Part shown: in pieces, positions 34,437 to 42,383 of the stretch
How the letters are laid out: each line of letters opens with the position of its first letter
Numbering within the stretch: position 1 is the first letter of the stretch
Assembly (NCBI GenBank): GCA_963828255.1
Contig: CAWHDZ010000017.1
Coordinates: forward strand, 145,150-209,149
Reading direction: 5' to 3'
DNA length: 64,000 bases
Source: an uncultured delta proteobacterium
Lineage (GTDB): Bacteria; Myxococcota; Myxococcia; Myxococcales; Anaeromyxobacteraceae
Notes under the pieces: generated by a model
Seen by the model: only the letters and a program-made list of their open reading frames with translations
Database searches by the model: none
What the model was told of the DNA's origin: nothing
Position numbers and translations under genes: made by a program

Positions 34437-36449
34437 TCACTCGCAGAAGGCCGCTCGTCCCACCGGTCGCACCTCGAGGTCGGGCGGCAACTCATCGTAG
34501 GCCAGCACCGCAAGCCCTGGAAATCGCTGCGCGACGAGTTCGCGAAGCGGCCTGCGGACGTCTCCCGGAGCGAGCAGGGCCCGCGCACGCGGCGCCGCCG
34601 CGAGCGCAGATTCCACGGATGCGAGCAGCGCCCGGACGCCGTCCGGTCCGGGCGACCGCGCGCCGCCGTGGATCGCGTCGCGGAAGGTGAGCTCTGCGGC
34701 AGGGTCGAGGAGCAGCGCCTCGAGCGCGCGCCCCCGCAGCAGCGGCTGTGCGATGTGGCGGCAGAGCGACCTCCGACAGGCGTCGCAGAGGGCCGGCGCC
34801 GCCGCCCCGGAAGGCGCCGCGAGCAGGGCCTCCAGGATGGGGCGCAAGGGGCGGATCGAGACCTCCTCCTCGAGGAGCCGTCGCAGCACCTCGGCTATCA
34901 CCACGGGTGAAACATGCCGCGCCACCTCGCGGACCAGCGCCGGGGAGGAGGGCTCGAGCCCGTCGAGCAGGGCCTGCACCTCCTGGACGCCGAGGAGCAG
35001 GTGGGCCGCCCTGCGGAGCGCCGCGTGGGCCTCGGCGAGCGCCCGGTCGCCCGGGTCGAGCACCGGGCCGAGCGCCCCGGCGCGAACCGCGCTCTCCGAC
35101 GCGACGACCGACGCCTCGGCCCCGGTGAGCGGGTGGCGCGCCTGCGCCGCCGGGATCCCGGCCAGTCGAAGCTCGTCCGCCGGCGCCAGGCAGAGCGACC
35201 AGCCGGCCGCCACCTGCCCCTTGGCGGCCGGGGCTCCGTCCACGAGGAGGCGCCAGGCTCCCGGGCCGGAGCGGCCCGCCCGGACGGTGATCCGGCCCGC
35301 CGGAACGCCCATGGAGGTCCAGAGGTCGCGCCGCAGCGCCGCCGCGGCCTCCCCGAGCCAGGCCGAGGTGACCTCCCGGCCGGCCAGGAGGTCGGGGGCG
35401 ATCTCGACCGCGACCGCGTCGGCCGGCGCCAGGTCGCGCGTGCGGCTCCCCTCGACCGCCGGTGCGGCCCCGGCCTCGGGGCCGCGGCGCATGGCCCGGA
35501 TCCCGGTCCACGAGAGCGCCGCGCCGAGGACCAGGAACGGGGCCGCCGGAAACCCCGGCGCGAGCCCCAGGGCGGTGAGGAGTGCGCCGGCGGCGACGAG
35601 CGCGCGCGGTTCCGCCAGGAGCTCGCTCGCGACGCGGGAGGAGACGCTCCGCTCGTCGCCGGCCACCCGGGTGACCGCGATCCCAGCGGCGATGGCGAGG
35701 AGGAGGGAGGGGACCTGCGAGGCCAGGCCGTCCCCGACGGCGAGAAGCAGGTAGCGGCGCGCCGCGGCGCCGGCCGTCATGCCCTTCACGAGGCCGGCCA
35801 CGAGCCCCCCCACCGCGTTCACGAGCGCAATGGCGATGCCCGCCACCGCGTCCCCCTTCACGAACTTGAGCGCGCCGTCCATCGCGCCGTGAAGCTGGCT
35901 CTCCCGCTCCAGCTCCCGGCGTCGCCGGCCGGCCTCGGCGCCGTCGATGGCCCCGGCGCGCAGCTCGGCGTCGATGGCCATCTGCTTGCCGGGCAGGGCG
36001 TCGAGGGTGAAGCGCGCCGCCACCTCGGCCACCCGTTCCGCCCCCCTGGAGACCACGAGGAGCTGGACCAGCGCCAGGATGGCGTAGACCACCGCCCCGG
36101 CCACCCAGCTGCCCTGCATCACCACGCGGCCCAGGGCCTCGATGACCCGGCCGGCCTCGCCCCGGGACAGGACGAGCCGCGTGGAGGCCACCGCCACCGA
36201 GAGCCGCAGGAGCGTGGTGAGCAGGAGGATCGCCGGGAAGGCGGAGAGGCGCATGGCGTCGGGGGCGAGCAGCGTGGCGAGGAGCACGACGGCCGAGATC
36301 CCCAGGCTCGCCGCGACGAGGGCGTCGACCACCGACGGGCCCACCGGCACGAAGAGCAGCCCCACCAGCGCCACCACGGCGAGCCCCGGCGCGAGTTCGG
36401 CCGCCGAGGTGAGCCGGGCCCACCCCCGCCCGGCGTCGCCGGCGCTCAC
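34437..36449 (-). CDS. Type III export gate protein SctV/FlhA family (divergent)
   Basis: FPAILLLTTLLRL, RVAEVAARFTLDALPGKQMAIDAEL, GAMDGALKFVKGD, GDGLASQVP, VLRRLLEEEVSIRPL. Confidence 0.92.
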   Translation of the reverse strand: MSAGDAGRGWARLTSAAELAPGLAVVALVGLLFVPVGPSVVDALVAASLGISAVVLLATLLAPDAMRLSAFPAILLLTTLLRLSVAVASTRLVLSRGEAGRVIEALGRVVMQGSWVAGAVVYAILALVQLLVVSRGAERVAEVAARFTLDALPGKQMAIDAELRAGAIDGAEAGRRRRELERESQLHGAMDGALKFVKGDAVAGIAIALVNAVGGLVAGLVKGMTAGAAARRYLLLAVGDGLASQVPSLLLAIAAGIAVTRVAGDERSVSSRVASELLAEPRALVAAGALLTALGLAPGFPAAPFLVLGAALSWTGIRAMRRGPEAGAAPAVEGSRTRDLAPADAVAVEIAPDLLAGREVTSAWLGEAAAALRRDLWTSMGVPAGRITVRAGRSGPGAWRLLVDGAPAAKGQVAAGWSLCLAPADELRLAGIPAAQARHPLTGAEASVVASESAVRAGALGPVLDPGDRALAEAHAALRRAAHLLLGVQEVQALLDGLEPSSPALVREVARHVSPVVIAEVLRRLLEEEVSIRPLRPILEALLAAPSGAAAPALCDACRRSLCRHIAQPLLRGRALEALLLDPAAELTFRDAIHGGARSPGPDGVRALLASVESALAAAPRARALLAPGDVRRPLRELVAQRFPGLAVLAYDELPPDLEVRPVGRAAFCE

Positions 36450-37480
36450 GTCCGATCTCCGGACTGGAGCCCGTGGACGTGGGCCAGGACCGCCGCCGTG
36501 GCCTCGTAGAGCTCCTCCGGGATGGCCTCCCCGACGTCGGCCAGCCGGAAGAGGGCCCGCGCAAGGGCCCGGTCCTGGACCACCGGGATGCCCATCCGCC
36601 GGGCCTCGCGGCGCAGCGCCACCGCCCGGGCGCCCGAGCCCTTTCCGAGGACCACCGGTGGGTCGTCCCCACCGCGGCGGTGCGCCAGCGCGACGGCGAG
36701 CCGCGTGGGGTTCACCACCAGGCAAGTGGGCCGTCCCGGCGCGCCGGCCAGGGAGGCGTGGAGGCGCCGGCGCTCGGAGCGGTGGCGTGGGTCCCCCTCG
36801 TCCTCGCGCTGGTCGCGCTCCAGCTCCGGCCGGGTCATGCGCAGGCCCCGGAGGTGGCGGCGCCGCCGCAGGAGGAGGTCGGCGAGGCCGGCAGCGGCGA
36901 GGAGCGCCAGGATCGGGGGGAGCGTGGAGCCGACGGCCCAGGCGGCCTCGGCCCATGCCGCCCCGGGACGCATCCGCGGCACCTGCGACAGGAGCGGGAC
37001 CCGGTCGGCGAGGAGCCGCACCCCAAGCGCGACGGCAGACCCGGCGACGAGGAAGGCGAAGGCCGCCTGTCCCGGGCCAGCGGAGGAGAGGAGGCGCCGC
37101 ATCCCCGCGCCCGGATCGACGCGGTCCCAGCGCGGGCGAAGCGCGTCCGGCGCGAGGAGGCCGCCGGTCTGGACCACGCCGGCGATCATGGCCCCCGCGC
37201 AGGCCGCCAGGGCCGGTGGCGCGCAGAGGCGCGCCACCCGCAGGAGTGCGGCCAGCGCGAGCTCCGGCGGGACGGCCTCCGTCCCCGAGACGGCCGCCGA
37301 GAGCGCCGCCCGGAGCGCCGCCGCCTCGTCCGGGACCAGGGAAGGAGAGAGCACCGCGAGGGCGACGAGGCCCAGCGTGGTCGCGCCGAGCCCCACCAGC
37401 GCCCGGCTCACCGGGACCTCGCCTCGCCGGCGGGCCTCCCGGAGCCGGCGGGGAGAGGGAGGAAGGGATCGGCCGCTCAA
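36446..37480 (-). CDS. Export switch protein SctU/FlhB family, NPTR variant
   Basis: PSPRRLREARRRGEVPVS, RMTRPELERDQREDEGDP, VVNPTRLAVAL, IPEELYEATA; TTG start overlaps sctT stop. Confidence 0.9.
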   Translation of the reverse strand: MSGRSLPPSPRRLREARRRGEVPVSRALVGLGATTLGLVALAVLSPSLVPDEAAALRAALSAAVSGTEAVPPELALAALLRVARLCAPPALAACAGAMIAGVVQTGGLLAPDALRPRWDRVDPGAGMRRLLSSAGPGQAAFAFLVAGSAVALGVRLLADRVPLLSQVPRMRPGAAWAEAAWAVGSTLPPILALLAAAGLADLLLRRRRHLRGLRMTRPELERDQREDEGDPRHRSERRRLHASLAGAPGRPTCLVVNPTRLAVALAHRRGGDDPPVVLGKGSGARAVALRREARRMGIPVVQDRALARALFRLADVGEAIPEELYEATAAVLAHVHGLQSGDRT

Positions 37481-38271
37481 GGCGCTCCCCTCGCCATCCG
37501 CTCCACCATGCCCCCGGCGAGCGCGGCCAGCTCCACCAGACGCCCCCCGATGGCGGCCGCGGGAAGGGCCACGGCGGCGAGGCCGAGCGCGGCGCGGACC
37601 GGCGGCGCCGCGTCGAGCAGCGACGAGCGGGGCGCGAGGCGGGAGGAGGCGGAGAGCGCCAGGTCGGCGCAGAGCAGCGCCGCCGCCGCGGGCGCCCCCA
37701 GGCAGAGGGCGGCCGAGAGCAGGTCGGCGGCGGCCGAGGCCGCGGCCTCGAGGCGCAGGAGGCCGGGCAGCGCACCTCCCACCGGCACGGTGCGGAAGGT
37801 GTCGAGCAGCGCCGCCACCAGCAGGCGATCGGCCCCGGCCCAGGCCCCGAGCGCGACCGTCCACTGCGCGAGAAGGTCGCCCACCGCGGTCTCCCGCTGC
37901 CGGATCAGGGGCACGTGGAGTTCACCCAGGGTCGCGCCGCGGAGCGTGTCGACGAGCCGGCCGGCGCCCCGGGCCGCCTCGACCGGGAGGCTCGCCGCGA
38001 AGGCCAGCGCCGCGCCGAGCGCGAGCTCCGATGCCGCCACCGCGAGGAACGGCGCCCCGGGAGGGCTCCCGGCGCCCGTCGCAGACCGCACCGCCGCCCC
38101 GAGCGCGAGGGCCAGCCCGGCCCGGGCCACGGGCGGCAGGAGCGGCCCTCCCAGGAACGGGGAGAGCGCCACCACGGGCAGGAGGCGCAAGGAGCACGCT
38201 CCCACGTCGAGCGCGACACCGGCCACGGCCGGCAGGAGCGCGAGCGCGGCCGGTCCGGCGTCGTCGATCAC
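37477..38271 (-). CDS. Export apparatus protein SctT/FliR family
   Basis: RLLPVVALSPFLG, ELALG, AGRLVDTLRG; hydrophobic; operon position. Confidence 0.85.
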   Translation of the reverse strand: MIDDAGPAALALLPAVAGVALDVGACSLRLLPVVALSPFLGGPLLPPVARAGLALALGAAVRSATGAGSPPGAPFLAVAASELALGAALAFAASLPVEAARGAGRLVDTLRGATLGELHVPLIRQRETAVGDLLAQWTVALGAWAGADRLLVAALLDTFRTVPVGGALPGLLRLEAAASAAADLLSAALCLGAPAAAALLCADLALSASSRLAPRSSLLDAAPPVRAALGLAAVALPAAAIGGRLVELAALAGGMVERMARGAP

Positions 38272-38534
38272 GGCGCCGCCCGGAGCGAGGCCTCGATGCA
38301 GGCCTGGCCGAACCTGACCACCCGCGCGGCGGTCCAGGGCGCGGCGAGCCCGACCACAGTGAGGACGGCCACGAGCCGCGGGACGGCGCCGAGCGCGTGG
38401 TCCTGGATCTGGGTGACGGCCTGCAGCGCCCCGGTGAGGAGGCCTGCCACGAGCGCGGCGGCCAGCGCCGGAGCCGACACGGCCAGCGCGACCAGCAACG
38501 CCTCCCTGCCCGCGACGAGGATGGTCGGGTCCAC
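38268..38534 (-). CDS. Export apparatus protein SctS/FliQ family
   Basis: GLLTGALQAVTQIQDHALGAVPRL, 88 aa. Confidence 0.92.
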   Translation of the reverse strand: MDPTILVAGREALLVALAVSAPALAAALVAGLLTGALQAVTQIQDHALGAVPRLVAVLTVVGLAAPWTAARVVRFGQACIEASLRAAP

Positions 38535-38541
38535 GCGGTCC

Positions 38542-39219
38542 TCAGGGGAGGTAGCCGGAGGCCAGGCCCCGGGTGACGATCCCGAAGCCGTCCACGGCCA
38601 CGACGAGCAGGAGCTTGAAGGGTACGGCCACCGCCGACGGCGAGACCTGGGTGAGGCCGAGCGAGAGGAGCACGCTCGCCACGGCGAGGTCCACGACGAG
38701 GAAGGGGAGGAAGATCAGGAAGCCGACGGTGAAGGCGCGCCGCAGCTCCGAGACCACGAAGGCCGGGGCGAGCACGCCGAAGCCGTCGTCGTCCCCGTCG
38801 GCCCGGGGCGGGGGGGCCCCGCGGGCCCTGGCCGCGAGCAGGGCGAAGGCGCGACGGTCGCCCGGAGCGGCGAAGCGGGCCAGGAAGGCGCGCAGGGGCT
38901 CGGCGGCGCGCGCCCCGGCGGCGAGCGTCTCCTCCGGTCCGCGCGGTGCGGGGGGCTCCTGCCAGCGCGCCCAGGAGGCCGCGGCGACCGGCTGCATGAC
39001 GAGCAGGGTGACGAGCAGTGCCAGCCCGGTGACGGCGGCGTTGGGCGGCACTTGCGGCACCCCCAGCGCCGAGCGCAGGACCGAGAGGACCACCACCACC
39101 TTGAGGAAGCAGGTGAGCGTGACGAGCGCCAGCGGGGCCAGCGCCATGGCGCCGAGGAGGACCAGGAGCTCGAGCGGCCGCTCGCCGGGGAGCACCTGGG
39201 CCAGGGCCGGGGCGATCAC
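38542..39219 (-). CDS. Export apparatus protein SctR/FliP family
   Basis: FLKVVVVLSVLRSALGVPQVPPN, PAFVVSELRRAF, FLPFLVVDL, PFKLLL. Confidence 0.93.
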   Translation of the reverse strand: MIAPALAQVLPGERPLELLVLLGAMALAPLALVTLTCFLKVVVVLSVLRSALGVPQVPPNAAVTGLALLVTLLVMQPVAAASWARWQEPPAPRGPEETLAAGARAAEPLRAFLARFAAPGDRRAFALLAARARGAPPPRADGDDDGFGVLAPAFVVSELRRAFTVGFLIFLPFLVVDLAVASVLLSLGLTQVSPSAVAVPFKLLLVVAVDGFGIVTRGLASGYLP

Positions 39220-39458
39220 GGGGTGCGCTCCATCCGGACGCGGGCGACCAGGCGGACCCCGTCCCGCCCCCACCCGACGAGGAGGACCTCCCCCCGGGCG
39301 CGCACCAGCGCCACGCCCGCGTCCCGGGCGAGCAGCGCCCGGTCCTCGATCTCGAGGTCGCGCGGCGACGGGCGCCGGCCGAGGCGGCGTCGCGCCAGCA
39401 CCGCGCCGGCGGCGAGGAGCGCCACGACGGCCGCTGCGGCCACCGCGGAGGCGGTCAC
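39216..39458 (-). CDS. Small FliO-like membrane protein
   Basis: N-terminal TM then LEIEDRALL...VALVRARGEVLLVGWG beta pattern; lies between FliN-like and FliP-like genes. Confidence 0.65.
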   Translation of the reverse strand: MTASAVAAAAVVALLAAGAVLARRRLGRRPSPRDLEIEDRALLARDAGVALVRARGEVLLVGWGRDGVRLVARVRMERTP

Positions 39459-40696
39459 GGCCCCACCAGGAGCGAGGTGATCCGCACGCCCACCGCGCCG
39501 TCCACCTCGACCAGCTCGCCGCGGGCCACGCCGCGATCGCCGATGCGCAGCGTGACCTGGCCGCTCCGGTCGAGCCCGAGGGGCAGGACCGCCCCGGGAG
39601 CGATCCGGGCCAGGTCCCGGAGCGGCACCGCCACCGAGGCCAGCTCCACCTCGAGCAGCACCGGCGCGCCGCCGGCCCCGCCGGGACCCGGCACGTGCAC
39701 CTCATTCACCTCCAGTGAATCCCCGGCCACCCGCCCACGCGCGGCCAGGCCGCCCGGGAACCGGATCGCAGTGGACTCCCCGGGGGGGCCCTCGAGGAGG
39801 AGCACGTCCCCCTCGCGCAGGGCCTCGACCTCCCCGGGGTCGAGCTCCGTCCGGCCGCTCCGGACCGAGCCCCGGACCAGGACGTCCCGCAGGGGCAGGG
39901 GAACCCCGCCGTCCCGGGGAAGGGTGCGCAGCGCGGCCTCGGGGAGGAACAGGAAGGCGCGCCCCTTCGCTCCCGCCGCGGAAACGGTGAGCTCGATGCA
40001 GACGGGGCGCAGCGGCGCCCCCGCGCGCAGCGCCAGGCGCGGCGCCAGCGGCCCCTCGATCTCCGTCTCGGCGGCGAGTGCGTCGAGCGCGCCCAGGACG
40101 GCGAGCTCCACCACCGCGCGCTCCGCCGCCCCGAGCGACCCGGAAGTCCCGGAGCGCCCGGTCCCGCCCGCCACGCGCCCGGCCAGCCGGGCCGCGAAGC
40201 CGCGGTCCACGGCGAGGGAGGCGACCCCGGCCAGGGCCGTCAGCTCGATGGGGACGAGCGCGGCCCCTGCCGGCTCGGGGAGCCCGGGGAGGATGCGCCC
40301 GTGCAAGCTGGCCTCGCCGCCCAGCACGGAGGAGAGCCCGCGGGCGGCGGCGCGGGCGGCGCGCTCGCCCAGGTCGAGGAGCGAGGCGTCCAGCAGGGCG
40401 AGCGCCGGCGCGACGGGGGGGAGGTCGAAGGGGAGCACGTCTCCCGGCTCGAGCACGTGCCATGCCGGGGCCCCCTCGGCCCCGTCCCTCGCTCCGCACG
40501 TCCCGGGCCCGTCCGCTTCGCGCTCCGGCGGCCGAAGCGCGGACGCGAGCGCCGCCAGCCGGTCGGCGCGTGGTGCGGCGAGGAGCGCGCGGATCCTCTC
40601 CGGATCGACCCCGGGATGGCGTCCCAGGAGCGCCGCGGCCCGCGCAGGTGCGAGCGCGGCGGCGAGCACGACGAGCCCCCGGGCATCGGGGTTCAC
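39455..40696 (-). CDS. C-ring protein SctQ/FliM-FliN family (two SPOA domains)
   Basis: LREGDVLLL and VPLRDLARIAPGAVLPL...ARGELVEVDGAVGVRI SPOA motifs. Confidence 0.82.
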   Translation of the reverse strand: MNPDARGLVVLAAALAPARAAALLGRHPGVDPERIRALLAAPRADRLAALASALRPPEREADGPGTCGARDGAEGAPAWHVLEPGDVLPFDLPPVAPALALLDASLLDLGERAARAAARGLSSVLGGEASLHGRILPGLPEPAGAALVPIELTALAGVASLAVDRGFAARLAGRVAGGTGRSGTSGSLGAAERAVVELAVLGALDALAAETEIEGPLAPRLALRAGAPLRPVCIELTVSAAGAKGRAFLFLPEAALRTLPRDGGVPLPLRDVLVRGSVRSGRTELDPGEVEALREGDVLLLEGPPGESTAIRFPGGLAARGRVAGDSLEVNEVHVPGPGGAGGAPVLLEVELASVAVPLRDLARIAPGAVLPLGLDRSGQVTLRIGDRGVARGELVEVDGAVGVRITSLLVGP

Positions 40697-41412
40697 GGTC
40701 CGTCCGTCCTGCGCCGCCCCAGCACCAGGGCGAAGGCGCCCAGCACCGCCGCGAACGCGAGCATGGAGCCGGCCAGCCAGCCTCGCGAGACCCTCGGCTC
40801 CGCAGTCCGGGGAGCGGGGGAAGGCGCCGCCTCGCTCACCAGCACCGACACCGACGCAGGGTCGAGCCCCTCCGCCGCGCCGGCCACCATGCGGCGAAGC
40901 CCGTCGGACTGGGATTCCAGCCTTCCGCGCGCGTCGGGGCGGCACTTCACCAGGATCGATGCGCGCGGCGTCCGGCGCGCGTCCGGGCGGAGCGGGTCGG
41001 GAGGCGGCAGGGCCAGGTGGACGCGCGCCCCCAGGACGCCGTCGAGCGACTCGAGCGTCCGGGCCAGCTCGCCGGAGAGCGCGTGCAGGTACCGGGCCTG
41101 CTCCTCGAAGGGGGTGGGGACGAGACCGACGCTCCCGAAGAGCTCCGTGAAGCCCGGCGACCGCGGGCGCGGAAGGTCTCGCGCCGAGAGGACGCTGCGC
41201 GCCGCCGCCGCCTCGGACGGGCGCACCGCGACGGTGAAGGTCCCTTCCTCTCCCCCGTCCCGCTCCTTCCGTGCCGGGAGCCCGGCCTCGCCGAGTGCGA
41301 CGAGGACCTGGTTCGCCTGTGGCTCGTCGAGCCGGTGCAGGAGCACCTCGTCGCCGCAGGCGGCCAGGACGGGGAGCAGCGCGAGCGGCAGGAAGGGGCG
41401 GGGCACGGTCAC
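40693..41412 (-). CDS. Inner membrane ring lipoprotein SctJ (YscJ/PrgK family)
   Basis: Lipobox LAAC, LDEPQANQVL, GLVPTPFEEQARY, LESLDGVLGARVHL, C-terminal TM. Confidence 0.92.
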   Translation of the reverse strand: MTVPRPFLPLALLPVLAACGDEVLLHRLDEPQANQVLVALGEAGLPARKERDGGEEGTFTVAVRPSEAAAARSVLSARDLPRPRSPGFTELFGSVGLVPTPFEEQARYLHALSGELARTLESLDGVLGARVHLALPPPDPLRPDARRTPRASILVKCRPDARGRLESQSDGLRRMVAGAAEGLDPASVSVLVSEAAPSPAPRTAEPRVSRGWLAGSMLAFAAVLGAFALVLGRRRTDGP

Positions 41413-41792
41413 ACCTGGGCGTTCAGCGCCTGGCGCATCCCCTGGACTCCGTGCTCGACGGCCCGGGCGGCGAACTCGACCGTCTGTGCGAAGCGGTGCG
41501 CGTCGGCCTGGAGGCAGAGCAGTTCCTGGGGGCTGAAGGTGCGCCCGCGGCGGGCCTCCGAAAGCATCCCGTCGAGCCGGGCCCGGACCCCCTCGATGTC
41601 GCGCAGCGCCCCCGGCAGCGCCGGCGCGGGGGACGCCTCCTGGGCGGCGCGGGACGGGCCGGGCGCGGGAGCGCCTGCCGCGGGGATCGACGGGCCGGGC
41701 TCGAACATGCGCCGGAGCACGGCCACGGGAGGCCGGACCGCGGCCGGCGGCGCGGTGAGGTCCACGACGCGGATGGGGGCGGGGGAGTTCAC
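41409..41792 (-). CDS. Putative inner rod protein (SctI-like C-terminus)
   Basis: C-terminal SPQELLCLQ...VEFAARAVEHGVQGMRQALNAQV resembles the YscI/HrpB2 end; sits directly upstream of sctJ. Confidence 0.55.
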   Translation of the reverse strand: MNSPAPIRVVDLTAPPAAVRPPVAVLRRMFEPGPSIPAAGAPAPGPSRAAQEASPAPALPGALRDIEGVRARLDGMLSEARRGRTFSPQELLCLQADAHRFAQTVEFAARAVEHGVQGMRQALNAQV

Positions 41793-42247
41793 TGGACGTT
41801 CTGGATGGCGGCGCGTGCGGCGTCGTGACGGACCTTCATGATGTTGGACACCGCAGTGAACTCCCGGGTCTCCCGCTGCATCCTTTCCTGAAGCTCGAGG
41901 TAGCGGAGGTTGAAGCTCTGCCCCTCCGCCTGGAGCGCCCGCGCGGCCTCGAACCCGTCGGCTCCGCCCGCCGACGCCGAGGCGAGCGTGGTCGCCCCGG
42001 ACAGCCCGGACGTTCCGGACGTTCCGGACGAGGCCGGGCGCGCCGCCCCGGCGGCGGCCTGTGCCACGCCGCGGACCGCGCCGGCGAGCACCATCCCGGC
42101 GGGGGCGAGGGGGGCGAGGATTCCCGCCGCGGCGGCCAGCCCCTCCGCGGCGCCGGCGGCGGCCGCGCGCAGCGTGGCTCCGAAGGAGGAAGGGGCGGTC
42201 TTGCGATCCGCGGTGGGTGCGACGATGACCGAGGTGATGGGTTCCAT
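41789..42247 (-). CDS. Putative needle/filament subunit (SctF-like C-terminus)
   Basis: C-terminal LELQERMQ...AVSNIMKVRHDAARAAIQNVQ resembles PrgI AQSNTVKVFKDIDAAIIQNFR; GGAGG RBS. Confidence 0.55.
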   Translation of the reverse strand: MEPITSVIVAPTADRKTAPSSFGATLRAAAAGAAEGLAAAAGILAPLAPAGMVLAGAVRGVAQAAAGAARPASSGTSGTSGLSGATTLASASAGGADGFEAARALQAEGQSFNLRYLELQERMQRETREFTAVSNIMKVRHDAARAAIQNVQ

Positions 42248-42274
42248 GTGGACGACCTCCGGTCCGGTCCGGAG

Positions 42275-42290
42275 AGCACGCGACGTGCCG
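42275..42290 (-). promoter_or_regulatory. Putative sigma54 promoter of the T3SS-like operon
   Basis: Minus strand CGGCACGTCGCGTGCT has GG-N10-GC with a GGCAC core, about 28 nt before the first ATG. Confidence 0.55.
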
Positions 42291-42383
42291 CCCCGGACAC
42301 CCGGTCCGGCTGGGGCTCGACGGCCGTCGTCCGCCCGTCCCGCGGACCGCGGTCCGCCCCGCGCACCGTGCTAGCCTTCCCGC

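Noticed and set aside
34437..42247. Ordinary flagellar operon
   Set aside because: Ring protein is a short SctJ-type lipoprotein, not FliF; no flagellar rod, hook, flagellin or motor genes
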